Part shown: in pieces, positions 10,342 to 20,077 of the stretch
How positions within the stretch are numbered: position 1 is the first letter of the stretch
Layout: each line of letters starts with the position of its first letter
Origin: an uncultured candidate division Zixibacteria bacterium
GTDB taxonomy: Bacteria > Zixibacteria > MSB-5A5 > GN15 > FEB-12
Direction of reading: 5' to 3'
Assembly: GCA_963664195.1 (NCBI GenBank)
Contig: OY760907.1
Location: 416,001 to 480,000, forward strand
Length of the DNA stretch: 64,000 nucleotides
Made by a program: the position numbers and the translations under genes
The notes under the pieces: model-generated
What the model saw: only the letters and a program-made list of their open reading frames with translations
The model's database searches: none
Told to the model about the DNA's origin: nothing

Positions 10342-11948
10342 TGGGCGCTCTCTTTCGAAGGAAGGCCGGGAATGATCGTATCCCGGGCAAAGGCGTCGTC
10401 GGTTTCAGGATATTCCTCGAGGTACTGCAGACCACGAGACTCTTTTCTCATAAGGGCAGATCGGATGATCAACTCAGCGACAGTGGCGATATTGCGCAAT
10501 TCCACTACGGCATAAGTGGCGGGAGTGGCGAAGTAGTATTCTTCAATGGCCTGTTTGATCGATTCTACTTTTTCAAGTGCAAGAAGAAGTCGTTCCTCGG
10601 TACGAACAATTCCGACAAAGTCCGACATGATGCGGTTAAGCTCGCGACGGTCATGGGCCACAAGGATCTTCTCGCGCGGCATGTGCAGCGATGAGGCCAG
10701 CCCCCTGTCAACAGTAATATACTCAGGGAAGTCGGTTTGCACATAGTACTCGCAGGATCTAGCTGCGGCCAGTTTGGCCATCACGACCGCCTCGAGAAGA
10801 GAGTTGGATGCCAGACGATTGGCCCCGTGCATGCCGCTCATGGCAACCTCGCCGCATACGTACAGGCCCGGAAGTTCAGTCTCGCCGGTGATGTCACACA
10901 CTACTCCGCCGCAGGCGTAATGGGCAGCCGGCACGACGGGAATTGGTCGAACGGTGATGTCGAAGCCGTATTTAAGGCATTCGCGATGGATGTTGGGGAA
11001 TCTATTGCGGACAAAATCAGCATCGCGATGAGAGATGTCGAGCAGCACGTATTCCTCACCTGACGCTTTGAGTTCCTTGTCGATTGCACGCGCAACGACG
11101 TCGCGAGGGGCCAGGTCCTTTAGCACGTGGGTGCCTTCCATGAAAGCGCGACCGTCGACCGAAGTCAATCGCCCTCCCTCACCACGGACGGCCTCCGAGA
11201 TCAGGAACGGCCACCGACCGGGCGCGTACAGAGTGGTCGGATGGAATTGGATAAACTCAAGATTCCCGACCGCAACTCCGGCTCGATAGGCAATCGCGAC
11301 ACCATCGCCGGTGGCGATTTTGGGATTCGAGGTATGGAAGTATACCATGCCCATACCGCCTGTGGCCAGCACGGTCACCGGGGCGTAGTAGACATCAAAG
11401 ACGCGATCCGCTTCAGAAAACACGTAGGCGCCCGCACATTTCTCCACATCACCATCGTTGTACTTGACTAGATCAAGCACGATATGATTGCGGAGCATCT
11501 TGATATTGTTCTTTTTGGCTCGGCAGGCGGCCAACAGGGCGCGTTCGATCTCTTTGCCGGTCAGGTCGGCAGCATGTGCCACACGATTTACCGAATGACC
11601 GCCCTCGCGACCAAGGTCAAACTGACCGTCGACCCGGGTGAATTTGACGCCGTAATTGATCAGCTCGTCGATAGCGGTAGGCCCCGCCTCGACCACCCTT
11701 TCCACCACTTCCCGGCTACAGAGGCCGCATCCGGCTCTGAGGGTGTCATCTATGTGGCACGCCACTGAGTCGGTCCCGGCCAATACCGCAGCGATTCCCC
11801 CCTGGGCACGGTTGGTGGAAGTGTTGGTCTCGGTCTTCTTGGTGAGTATGGCGATTCTGGCGTCGGGATGCTGTTCAACTATCTTGAGCGCACAGAAAAG
11901 CCCGGCAATGCCGGTACCTACTACCAAAAAATCGTACCTGTGATCCAT
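10338..11948 (-). CDS. nadB: L-aspartate oxidase
   Basis: AQGGIAA, REGGHS, QFHPT, LISEAVRGEG, AAHYACGG, GMHGANRLASNSLLE. Confidence 0.95.
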   Translation of the reverse strand: MDHRYDFLVVGTGIAGLFCALKIVEQHPDARIAILTKKTETNTSTNRAQGGIAAVLAGTDSVACHIDDTLRAGCGLCSREVVERVVEAGPTAIDELINYGVKFTRVDGQFDLGREGGHSVNRVAHAADLTGKEIERALLAACRAKKNNIKMLRNHIVLDLVKYNDGDVEKCAGAYVFSEADRVFDVYYAPVTVLATGGMGMVYFHTSNPKIATGDGVAIAYRAGVAVGNLEFIQFHPTTLYAPGRWPFLISEAVRGEGGRLTSVDGRAFMEGTHVLKDLAPRDVVARAIDKELKASGEEYVLLDISHRDADFVRNRFPNIHRECLKYGFDITVRPIPVVPAAHYACGGVVCDITGETELPGLYVCGEVAMSGMHGANRLASNSLLEAVVMAKLAAARSCEYYVQTDFPEYITVDRGLASSLHMPREKILVAHDRRELNRIMSDFVGIVRTEERLLLALEKVESIKQAIEEYYFATPATYAVVELRNIATVAELIIRSALMRKESRGLQYLEEYPETDDAFARDTIIPGLPSKESAQ

Positions 11949-13042
11949 TAGCCTCTCACCTCTTCCTGTCCGCCCAATTGTAACGTCTGCCTGACGTACG
12001 TCGCCAGTTTCTCTTCGCCGGGATCAAGGTCCACGGCCAGATCAAGATAGTAGATTTCGCGGCCAAAATCAAAGTCTCCGAGTTTCACCCAGTCTTTGAA
12101 GGTAGTAACGATGACATCGGAATCGTGGTCCTCAGCCATCTGGCGGATTTTAGCCAGAGTGACGTTGTCGTACACCTGGTGATCGGAGAGTTCCAGAGCG
12201 CCATCCAGATCACCTGAAAGCGCTGACACCTGTCGTCTCAACGACCGGAAATTACCAACTCCCGCAAACAGAAAGACCGACTTGTCCTCAAGATACTTCA
12301 CCGGCCGCGTTTGCTCCACGCTCACCAGATTCTCGCAAACGAACCCGGCGTGGTACAAATCGGCATTCGGTGCAAGCTGTCGCAAATCCCGCTTGATAGC
12401 GTTGATGTCGAACGCGAATTTCGCCCGTGTGATAATAATAACATCGGCCCGCGAGAGGGCGCTTTTCGGTTCGCGAAGCAATCCGTAGGGAAACGCCTTC
12501 AAGTGACACTTCCTGATGCCGGCATCGTACGCCACGAGATCAATGTCCCGCGCAAGACCGATGTGCTGAAAACCGTCATCAACAATAATCATGTCGACGG
12601 CGCCAGAGTCAGCCAGCCGTCTGGCAGCATCCAGCTTAGTGCGGTCGATCGAAAAAACAGCGTCAGACAGTAATCGGGCCAGAAGCATGATTTCGTCGCC
12701 GGTCACAGCGACATCCATTGTCTCGACCTTGTATCCGGGCTCCACGAAAGATCCCTCGCCCGTGCGACCGTAGCCCGAGGAGACGATGCCGACTCGCACC
12801 CCGGCAGCCAGCAGGTCGCGTGCAATAAACGATACCAGCGGTGTTTTGCCGGTACCACCGACAGTGATGTTGCCAACTGAAAGAACCGGTACGGATACTC
12901 GCTCCGGCTGACTGGCCATCATACGGTGGATATTAAAGAGCAGACGATAGACAAACGAGCAGAGCCAGAGCAGAAAGGCCGGCAAGTCCCAGAAGGAATA
13001 CGGCGACCGCCAGAGTATCCTCTTCCACAATCGCTCAAGCAT
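11948..13042 (-). CDS. lpxK: Tetraacyldisaccharide 4'-kinase
   Basis: VGNITVGGTGKTP, DDGFQH, PYGLLRE, TTFKDWVK. Confidence 0.95.
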   Translation of the reverse strand: MLERLWKRILWRSPYSFWDLPAFLLWLCSFVYRLLFNIHRMMASQPERVSVPVLSVGNITVGGTGKTPLVSFIARDLLAAGVRVGIVSSGYGRTGEGSFVEPGYKVETMDVAVTGDEIMLLARLLSDAVFSIDRTKLDAARRLADSGAVDMIIVDDGFQHIGLARDIDLVAYDAGIRKCHLKAFPYGLLREPKSALSRADVIIITRAKFAFDINAIKRDLRQLAPNADLYHAGFVCENLVSVEQTRPVKYLEDKSVFLFAGVGNFRSLRRQVSALSGDLDGALELSDHQVYDNVTLAKIRQMAEDHDSDVIVTTFKDWVKLGDFDFGREIYYLDLAVDLDPGEEKLATYVRQTLQLGGQEEVRG

Positions 13043-14267
13043 TTTTCAGTCGCTCCAGAATGTATCTGCCGGCAATGCTTGTGGCAGAGGTTTCGAAATC
13101 TGAGTTTTCTTTGCGCGTGAACGTTTTCTCTCCAACGACAGCTTGGCGCAGCACCACCGCAAGATGGTCGGCGCTGTCGACTTGTTGACCGTAGTCGTGA
13201 CCGATAACGTAGTCGACTGCATCGGCGACATTGCTCGTATGCGGACCGAATATCACCGGTGTTCCGGCCCAGACCGGCTCAAGAATGTTGTGACCGCCGA
13301 GGTCGACCAGAGTGCCGCCCACAAATGCCAGGTTGGCCGCCGCATATAGTTCGTTGAGAATACCCATGCGCTCCACGAGAATCACACCTGTGGTGTCGCT
13401 TTCTCCATACAGGGAAAAAGCAGTATTCGAACTCCGGAGTAAAGCCTTGATTTCGTCCATTCGTTCCAAATGACGCGGCGCTATCACCAGTCGCAGGTGG
13501 CCGTGCCGCTCTTTGACCGTGTGGAAGGCATCCAACAGAAGCTGCTCCTCCCCCGTGCGGGTCGACCCGGCGACGAACATAAAGTCGTTTTCAGCCACAC
13601 CAAGATGCCTGCGCATGGCTGCACGTCTCTCGTTGGTGAGGCGCAACAACGGGGCATCGAATTTCATGTCGCCGGCAACGGTTGACACTTCGGATGAAAC
13701 GCCCAACTGAGCAAATCGATCGCGGTCAGTCTCACTTTTGAAAAATAGCCTATCGTAACAGGCCAGAAGCGTTTTCGAGGCGCTCGCGAATCGCTTGTAC
13801 TGCGTGAAACCGCGCGGTGAGATGCGTCCGTTGACAAGAACGATTGGGATCCCGCGCCCCTTCGCCCGAAGAATCAGGTTGGGCCAGATTTCAGTCTCGG
13901 CAATAACAATGATTGATGGGGTCAGCTTGTTCAGGGTCCGTTTGATGACTGCACCGGTGTCGACAGGGAAATAGGAGACCGTCACCAGATCACTGAGCGT
14001 CGATTCAGCAATACTGAACCCCTGGTCAGTCATGGCCGTCAGGTGGATACGCACCAAGGGGCGAGATTCCTTCAGGTGCCGGAGAAGATGGCTGATGACT
14101 CTGACCTCGCCGACTGAGGAAGCGTGAATCCAGATGTCACAATTCGTTTCCGGAACCAACCCCAGTCGCCCCTGCCATTTGACGTCTCCCCCCGCCGCCT
14201 TCAGGCGAGCATACGGCCAAGTGACCACGTATAGCAGGAACATGAATGCTCGATACAAGAGGATCAC
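13035..14267 (-). CDS. waaA: Kdo transferase
   Basis: WIHASSVGE, AETEIWPN, APRHLER, GGHNILEP. Confidence 0.95.
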   Translation of the reverse strand: MILLYRAFMFLLYVVTWPYARLKAAGGDVKWQGRLGLVPETNCDIWIHASSVGEVRVISHLLRHLKESRPLVRIHLTAMTDQGFSIAESTLSDLVTVSYFPVDTGAVIKRTLNKLTPSIIVIAETEIWPNLILRAKGRGIPIVLVNGRISPRGFTQYKRFASASKTLLACYDRLFFKSETDRDRFAQLGVSSEVSTVAGDMKFDAPLLRLTNERRAAMRRHLGVAENDFMFVAGSTRTGEEQLLLDAFHTVKERHGHLRLVIAPRHLERMDEIKALLRSSNTAFSLYGESDTTGVILVERMGILNELYAAANLAFVGGTLVDLGGHNILEPVWAGTPVIFGPHTSNVADAVDYVIGHDYGQQVDSADHLAVVLRQAVVGEKTFTRKENSDFETSATSIAGRYILERLKNA

Positions 14268-15364
14268 AGGTAGCTGCCTATCAGTTTAGCTGTTCGCTCG
14301 GAGGCGCCGATACCGCCCAGTTTGTCCGGGATAGCCCGGAGCTTCTCGACAGTACGACCGAGGGCGTCGCCGTCACCGATCAATCCGCCAATCTCTGCCG
14401 CCATGCGCCGGGGCGATGCTTCGTGCTGGATCAACTCTGGAACGATCTTCTCCCCCGCCACAAGATTGACCAGTCCGATTGCATCGAGATCAACGAGGTG
14501 CTTTGCTATCTGGTAGGTCACAAACCCGGTCTTGTACACAACCACCATCGGGCGACCGATTATGCCCGTCTCAAGCGTGGCCGTGCCGGAGGCGGTGAGA
14601 ACGTAATCTGATTCGTGCAAGACTCTGCGCGCGTCGCTATAGACAATGTCGATCTCGGGACATGCCGAAAGACGGCTCCTGTAATCATAGGCACCCTGTA
14701 CACCTGCAACGACTGCTTTGGTGCCGTGCGATCTGGCAAGTAATCGAGCGGCCTGGAGCATTGACGGCAGCATGCGTTCGATTTCCTGCGGGCGTGAACC
14801 CGGAAGCAGGGCAAGTTGCTTGTTGCCGGGAAGGTCGGACGCGATGAATTCCGACGGAATATCTTCGAGCAAGTAATGCCCGACAAAATCGCACGCCACA
14901 CGGTTGTCGCGATAGAACTTCTCTTCAAACGGCAGAATGACCAGCATCCGGTCGACACACTCTTGAATCTGTCGGATGCGCTTTTTCCCCCACGCCCACA
15001 CCTGCGGCGAGATATAGTAGATAACCGGAATACCGAGCGGTCTGATCCGTTGTGCAAGGCGAAGATTAAAACCGGGATAATCGACCAGAACCACTGCCGA
15101 CGGGCGACGAGTTCTGATTTCGTTAAGGCAGCGATTAAACAGGCTGCGGAAATAGAAGTACCGTTTGGCAACTTCCCAGAATCCGAGCACGGCGAGGTCG
15201 GCGCTGTCGGCAAGTTGCTCCTGTCCGAGTTCTTTCAGACGCGGGCCGCCCAGCCCGAAGAACCGGAGGTCCGGGACCGATGACTTCAGCGAGGTGACAA
15301 CACGGGCGGTGGCATTGTCACCGGACGGATCACCGGCTGAAATGAACAGGAGCGGTTGTCCCAT
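14264..15364 (-). CDS. lpxB: Lipid A disaccharide synthase
   Basis: AGDPSGD, VDYPGFN, SPQVWAW, LLPGSR, SGTATLE, VPELIQ. Confidence 0.96.
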   Translation of the reverse strand: MGQPLLFISAGDPSGDNATARVVTSLKSSVPDLRFFGLGGPRLKELGQEQLADSADLAVLGFWEVAKRYFYFRSLFNRCLNEIRTRRPSAVVLVDYPGFNLRLAQRIRPLGIPVIYYISPQVWAWGKKRIRQIQECVDRMLVILPFEEKFYRDNRVACDFVGHYLLEDIPSEFIASDLPGNKQLALLPGSRPQEIERMLPSMLQAARLLARSHGTKAVVAGVQGAYDYRSRLSACPEIDIVYSDARRVLHESDYVLTASGTATLETGIIGRPMVVVYKTGFVTYQIAKHLVDLDAIGLVNLVAGEKIVPELIQHEASPRRMAAEIGGLIGDGDALGRTVEKLRAIPDKLGGIGASERTAKLIGSYL

Positions 15365-16360
15365 TTAGTGCGGCATCTCCCCCATGACTGTAGACATTGA
15401 CTGCAGGCCGATACGTTCAACTTCGAGTGCGACCCGCAGCGCCTCGGAGGCTTCGGCCACAGTCACTGCGACCGGCGTGTCGTTGATGACCGCATCGAGG
15501 AACGCACCCAACTCACCGCCGAGCATGTCATCGCCGGAATCCTCGATCTTCGTGTACAGAATATCCTGCCCCGATTTCCCCAGCGGCACACGGAGGCCTT
15601 CGGCTTTCTCATCCGGGCCGGTCATCCGGTAGACATCGGCTTCTTTCTTGGCCAGATCGAGCGAGTAGTAAGAGGCCTTCTGGAAAATACGCATCTTCCG
15701 CATCGGCTTGAGCGAAATCCTTGAGGCGGTCAAGTTTGCAACCGCGCCGCTCTCAAACGTCAGGCGGGCGTTGGCGATGTCGACCTGGTCTGAGATCACT
15801 GCTACGGCCGAGGCCTGGATATCGACTACTTTCGATTTCGTGAGCATCAGACAGAGATCGATGTCATGGATCATCAGATCGAGCACCACCGCTACGTCCG
15901 TTCCACGCGGATCGAATGCCGCCAGACGGTGCGCCTCGATAAACGACGGTTGGATGTTCATATCGGCGAGTGATCTGACAGCCGGGTTGAAGCGTTCGAT
16001 ATGGCCGACAGCAGCTTTCACCCCCCTGTCGTCGGCGATCTGCTGGAGTTTAACCGCTTCCTCGATACTCGTTGTGATCGGCTTCTCTATCAGGCAGTGC
16101 ACGCCCTTATTCATCAGGGCGGAGGCGACTTCAAAGTGTGCGGAGGTTGTGACGACTATCGACGCGACATCGACTTCAGCCGCAAGTTCATCGAGTGACT
16201 CGAATGCTTTGACGCTGTATTCGTCGGCAAGCTGGCGCGCTTTGGCACCGGCGAGATCATACAGGCCGACCAGTTCGGATTGCGGGAGTTGCGATAGCCA
16301 TCTTACATGGTGTCGACCGAGTGATCCGACGCCGACGACAACGGTTTTGAGCTTTTTCAT
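15365..16360 (-). CDS. Gfo/Idh/MocA oxidoreductase, probably GnnA-like UDP-GlcNAc 3-dehydrogenase
   Basis: GVGSLG, IEKPI, VGHIERFNP, DLMIHDID, TASRIS; abuts lpxB within the lipid A cluster. Confidence 0.75.
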   Translation of the reverse strand: MKKLKTVVVGVGSLGRHHVRWLSQLPQSELVGLYDLAGAKARQLADEYSVKAFESLDELAAEVDVASIVVTTSAHFEVASALMNKGVHCLIEKPITTSIEEAVKLQQIADDRGVKAAVGHIERFNPAVRSLADMNIQPSFIEAHRLAAFDPRGTDVAVVLDLMIHDIDLCLMLTKSKVVDIQASAVAVISDQVDIANARLTFESGAVANLTASRISLKPMRKMRIFQKASYYSLDLAKKEADVYRMTGPDEKAEGLRVPLGKSGQDILYTKIEDSGDDMLGGELGAFLDAVINDTPVAVTVAEASEALRVALEVERIGLQSMSTVMGEMPH

Positions 16361-16475
16361 GAGTACGTTTATCTATCCTTCATCATAGGACTGGCAGGTT
16401 GCGGTTCCAGATGGGACAGAATGTAATACGAACGGGTTAAATTACAAAGAGGAAAACGGGGCTGTGGAGGGCAGG

Positions 16476-16505
16476 AAAAGGGGCCGGAGGTGTGGTCTCC
16501 GGCCC
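16476..16505 (-). terminator. Possible Rho-independent terminator
   Basis: Minus-strand stem GGGCCGGAG/CTCCGGCCC followed by CTTTT, just after the 16515 stop. Confidence 0.5.
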
Positions 16506-16514
16506 GGAGATCGT

Positions 16515-17414
16515 CTAGAGCACTATTTCAATCGCGTAGTGCGTTTCCTCCCAACACGGGATGTGCGCTACGGAGAACCTGACATTGGGGCGCAGCTTGG
16601 TCTGGTCACACTCTAGCAGTTTCCGAAGGCCCTGAGTGTCCACGGTAACGCCGTAGGTTCCGAAGTGATCCTGACCTGCCGGAGTCCAGACACGTCCGAG
16701 GCGGAAAGAGAACAACTCGGCTACCGTCGCTTCACCGCCGAACCGCACGGTGTTCTGGTGGTACCTGACATAGTAGCTATCCCATTCGTAGCCGTAGCGA
16801 ACATACCCTGAACTGGTCAGGGCAACCTCCAATTCTACTGCCGGTCGTAGTGTCAGCCAGTCTATGTGGGGCTGTGCGCAGGTGAGAGTAACGCTGGTGC
16901 CAAACCGTGCGGCTTTAGGGAGGCCATTGCTGTAGCCGTACCAAAGGCTCTCACTGCTTCGAAGGTTGTTGAGAGCAAAGCCAAATGTAACATCGGATCG
17001 CCAGTGCGCGCGCGCCGGCAACTCCTCGGTCAGCCGAGGGCCCATAGTTCGCATGCGGAAGAGCACCCCGAAATCGAATGCGTGGTCGTCGAGTTCATTC
17101 CTCGATTCTGACTCAAAGCCGGGACCGTCCCAGCCCTGCCGCATTGCCATGTGCTCTGCGAAGTCCTTGTACGTAAGCCCGATGGCAAAGTCAAACTCCC
17201 CGCTGTACCTGAAGCCTATTGAGTAGTATCGAACATCGCTCAACCATTCGTATTCCAGCGATCCGGATTCGGGATAGCCAGGACCGCTCGAATAGGCGAT
17301 GTCGACATCTACCCGGCCAAATCCAAAGCCAAGACTGAACGGTGTGTCGTCAAGCCCAAGCAGATGATCGAAACTGGCTGTCGCTGATTTGATGTTCGTT
17401 TTAATAAGGTCCAC
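16515..17414 (-). CDS. Hypothetical outer-membrane beta-barrel-like protein (PorV-like), probably 5'-truncated
   Basis: Alternating aromatic beta-strand pattern (YSIGFRY, FDFGVLFR, FSFRLG); no signal peptide; the GTG start lies inside a dispersed repeat. Confidence 0.45.
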   Translation of the reverse strand: MDLIKTNIKSATASFDHLLGLDDTPFSLGFGFGRVDVDIAYSSGPGYPESGSLEYEWLSDVRYYSIGFRYSGEFDFAIGLTYKDFAEHMAMRQGWDGPGFESESRNELDDHAFDFGVLFRMRTMGPRLTEELPARAHWRSDVTFGFALNNLRSSESLWYGYSNGLPKAARFGTSVTLTCAQPHIDWLTLRPAVELEVALTSSGYVRYGYEWDSYYVRYHQNTVRFGGEATVAELFSFRLGRVWTPAGQDHFGTYGVTVDTQGLRKLLECDQTKLRPNVRFSVAHIPCWEETHYAIEIVL

Positions 17415-17442
17415 ACTTCGACAAGCTCAGTGTGACTTATTG
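17408..17442 (-). repeat. 35-bp dispersed repeat, copy 1
   Basis: Reverse complement CAATAAGTCACACTGAGCTTGTCGAAGTGTGGACC matches 29538-29572 at 31/35 positions. Confidence 0.8.
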
Positions 17443-17468
17443 ATAAATCGTAGCTGAATGGCTCGCGC

Positions 17469-18242
17469 CTACTTAATCAAGCCCCGGTTGCTGCGTTCGG
17501 CGAAATCCAGAACCGTCTGGACCTCAGGAATAAGCTCGATCTCGTCTTTGATCCGCTGCAACGCCTGGGTCGTGTTCAGCCCCGAGAAGAACAGCAGTTT
17601 GTAGGCAGCTTCGAGAGCGTGGATGACCTCGCGTTTGAATCCGCGACGCCTCAGACCGATCGCATTCAACCCGACAACCTTCAGCGGATACCCGGCTATC
17701 AACGAGTACGGCGCGCAGTCCTGCTGCACCCGGAACCCGCCACCGACCATGGCGTGGGCACCGATCTTCACAAACTGATGCACCGGAAGCACGCCGCCGA
17801 GAATCGCAAAATCGTCGATCTCGATATGACCCGCGAGATTCACCGAGTTCGCCATAATGACGTTGTTGCCGATGATACAGTCGTGGGCAACGTGAGCGTA
17901 TGCCATAATCAGGCAGTCTCTGCCGACCGAGGTCTGGCCGCTGGCTTTGGTGCCGCGATTAATGGTGGCATACTCGCGGATGGTGGTGCCGTCGCCGACA
18001 ATTGCCAGCGTCTTCTCGCCGCCGAATTTCAGATCCTGCGGCTGGGTGGCTATCACCACACCGGGGGAAATCTTGACGTTGCTACCAATACGAGCGCCAT
18101 CGGCAATCACTACCGAGGATGCGATAGTAGTGCCGCTGCCTATCGTCACGTCGTCTTCGATTATCGTGAACGGGCCGATTGTAACGTCGTCGGCCAACTC
18201 CGCTTTCGGAGAGACTATTGCTGTTGAATGTATATTGCTCAT
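17469..18242 (-). CDS. lpxA: Acyl-ACP--UDP-N-acetylglucosamine acyltransferase
   Basis: Hexapeptide repeats, PQDLKF, IREYATINRGT, HVAHDC, VHQF, GLNAIGLRRRG. Confidence 0.96.
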   Translation of the reverse strand: MSNIHSTAIVSPKAELADDVTIGPFTIIEDDVTIGSGTTIASSVVIADGARIGSNVKISPGVVIATQPQDLKFGGEKTLAIVGDGTTIREYATINRGTKASGQTSVGRDCLIMAYAHVAHDCIIGNNVIMANSVNLAGHIEIDDFAILGGVLPVHQFVKIGAHAMVGGGFRVQQDCAPYSLIAGYPLKVVGLNAIGLRRRGFKREVIHALEAAYKLLFFSGLNTTQALQRIKDEIELIPEVQTVLDFAERSNRGLIK

Positions 18243-19623
18243 CGATCCACAATCATTGCCATGAAGTCCGCCTCGGCCGTGAGTCTGTCATCGACAAACG
18301 TCTTGCCCGACATTTTGCAGGCGTTGCGGCGGAAGCTTTTCATTTCCAGTTCAAATCGTAACTGATCGCCGGGAACGACCGGGCGACGGAATTTCGCGTT
18401 ATCTATCGACATAAAATAGACTACTTTGGTCTCCGGATGCTCAACCGCATTCAACAGAAGCACACCACCCGCCTGCGCCATTGCTTCGAGAATCAATACA
18501 CCGGGCATGACCGGATGTTCGGGGAAATGGCCCTGGAAAAACGGTTCGTTGATAGTCACGTTTTTCAGAGCGACAACCCGCTCACCCGGGACAAGGTCCA
18601 AAATCCGATCCACCAACAGGAACGGGTAACGGTGCGGCATAACTTTCAGAATCGCATTGATATCAAAGAGCGCCTTGCCGCTGCCGTACTTGGAAGCGAT
18701 TTTCTTTTTCTTGTACAGGTCCCTCATTTTCCTTGCGAGCGCTATGTTCGCCTTGTGACCTGAACGTGCCGCCAAAACGTGCCCCTTGAACGGCACCCCG
18801 ATCAGGAACAGATCGCCCAACAGATCAAGCGTCTTGTGCCGGACTGGTTCGTTGGGAAACCGAAGAGGGATATCGTTGATAATCCCCGTCTCGCCGACAA
18901 ACGCTTCGTCCTTGAGATCCAATACCCGTCTTATGCGGTCAACCTCGACCTGCCCCTTGTCGGAGTCATAGATTACCACCGCATTGTCAAGACCACCACC
19001 CTTGATTAACCCGTTGTCCTTGAGCATCTCGATCTCAGAGAGGAAACAGAATGTCCGGGCGGGTGCAAACTCCTCGACAAACTCATCCTGCAAACTCTGG
19101 AGCGTGGTGTACTGCGTGCCGAGGGCAGGATTTTTGTAATCGATCATGAACGTGATACGGACGTCATCGGAGGGCGTGACGACCAGATCGACATGGCGCT
19201 CCGGCTCGGCATAGGCCATGGGAGAGTCGATTTCGAGATAATACTTGTCAACGTCCTGTGTTTCGATCCCCGCCTCGAGCAGTTTGTCGACATACGGTTT
19301 GGCGGAACCATCGCCGATAGGAGGCTCGTTGGCATCGAGTTCGACAATCATGTTGTCAATCTGCAACCCGGCGAAACTGGCGAGGACATGCTCGACCGTG
19401 TGCACTTTGGCCTCCCCGTCCTGGAGCGTGGTGCCACGGGCGATGTCCACCACATGATCGATATCGGCGATGACCGACGGGTTGTCGGGCTTGTCGACGC
19501 GGACAAACCGGATGCCGTGATCGGGCGGGGCCGGTTTGAAGGTCATGGTGCAGGTATTGCCGGTGTGGAGTCCGACTCCGGAGAGGGAGATTTCGTGTTT
19601 GACGTACGTTGTTTTTCGAACAT
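18239..19623 (-). CDS. lpxC/fabZ: Bifunctional LpxC deacetylase / FabZ dehydratase, with an apparent 1-bp frameshift near codon 7
   Basis: GVGLHTG, TVEHVL, ARTF, VRHKTLDLLGD (LpxC); PHRYPFLLVD, FFQGHFP (FabZ). The natural N-terminus MFEKQRT from ATG 19623 is one base out of frame with the rest. Confidence 0.93.
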
Positions 19624-19716
19624 AGCCTTGTTTTCTCAAAGGAATTTGCCGGAGTATAGCATTTAGTTTTTCGAACCCCAACGGGTTCAAGCGGTTTTTT
19701 GGTGTGTGGAGGGCTT

Positions 19717-19955
19717 GTAGGTCAAACCCGTCTTCGGGCTTGTCGTCTTTGCCTTGGTGCCCTATCCGCTTGCGGCGTGACAGGATTGTCCATGAGCGGC
19801 AGGTCCACGCCCCTGCCTCATCAACCCACCCGACGTTTCACTCTGGGCGGGGTACGGAGGAATCGGCGTTGCGAACATCGCAGATCAAACCAGCGCGAAA
19901 AAAACCGCCATCGGAGCGGTCAGGCGGGGTCGCATTACCGCACATACGAGGGGGA
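19717..19955. repeat. REP-like elements between lpxC and the peptidase gene
   Basis: GTAG-GTCAAACCCGTCTTCGGGCTTGTC at 19717; GCGGTCAGGCG...CGCATTACCGCACATAC at about 19915-19947. Confidence 0.65.
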
Positions 19956-20077
19956 CGATCTCATGTCGCGGCATCCTTTCCGTCGTAGACTCTGCGCCCC
20001 AGATTGACCTTGCGGATTCCACCTTTTCCCCTATATTGTTAGAGGACAAGGTACTCACCGGACAGGAGTTTACTCAT

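Noticed and set aside
19699..20007. Short track ORFs in intergenic gaps (also 23202-23585 and 55169-55381)
   Set aside because: Their shared peptide (VALPHI) is simply the translated REP-like repeat.
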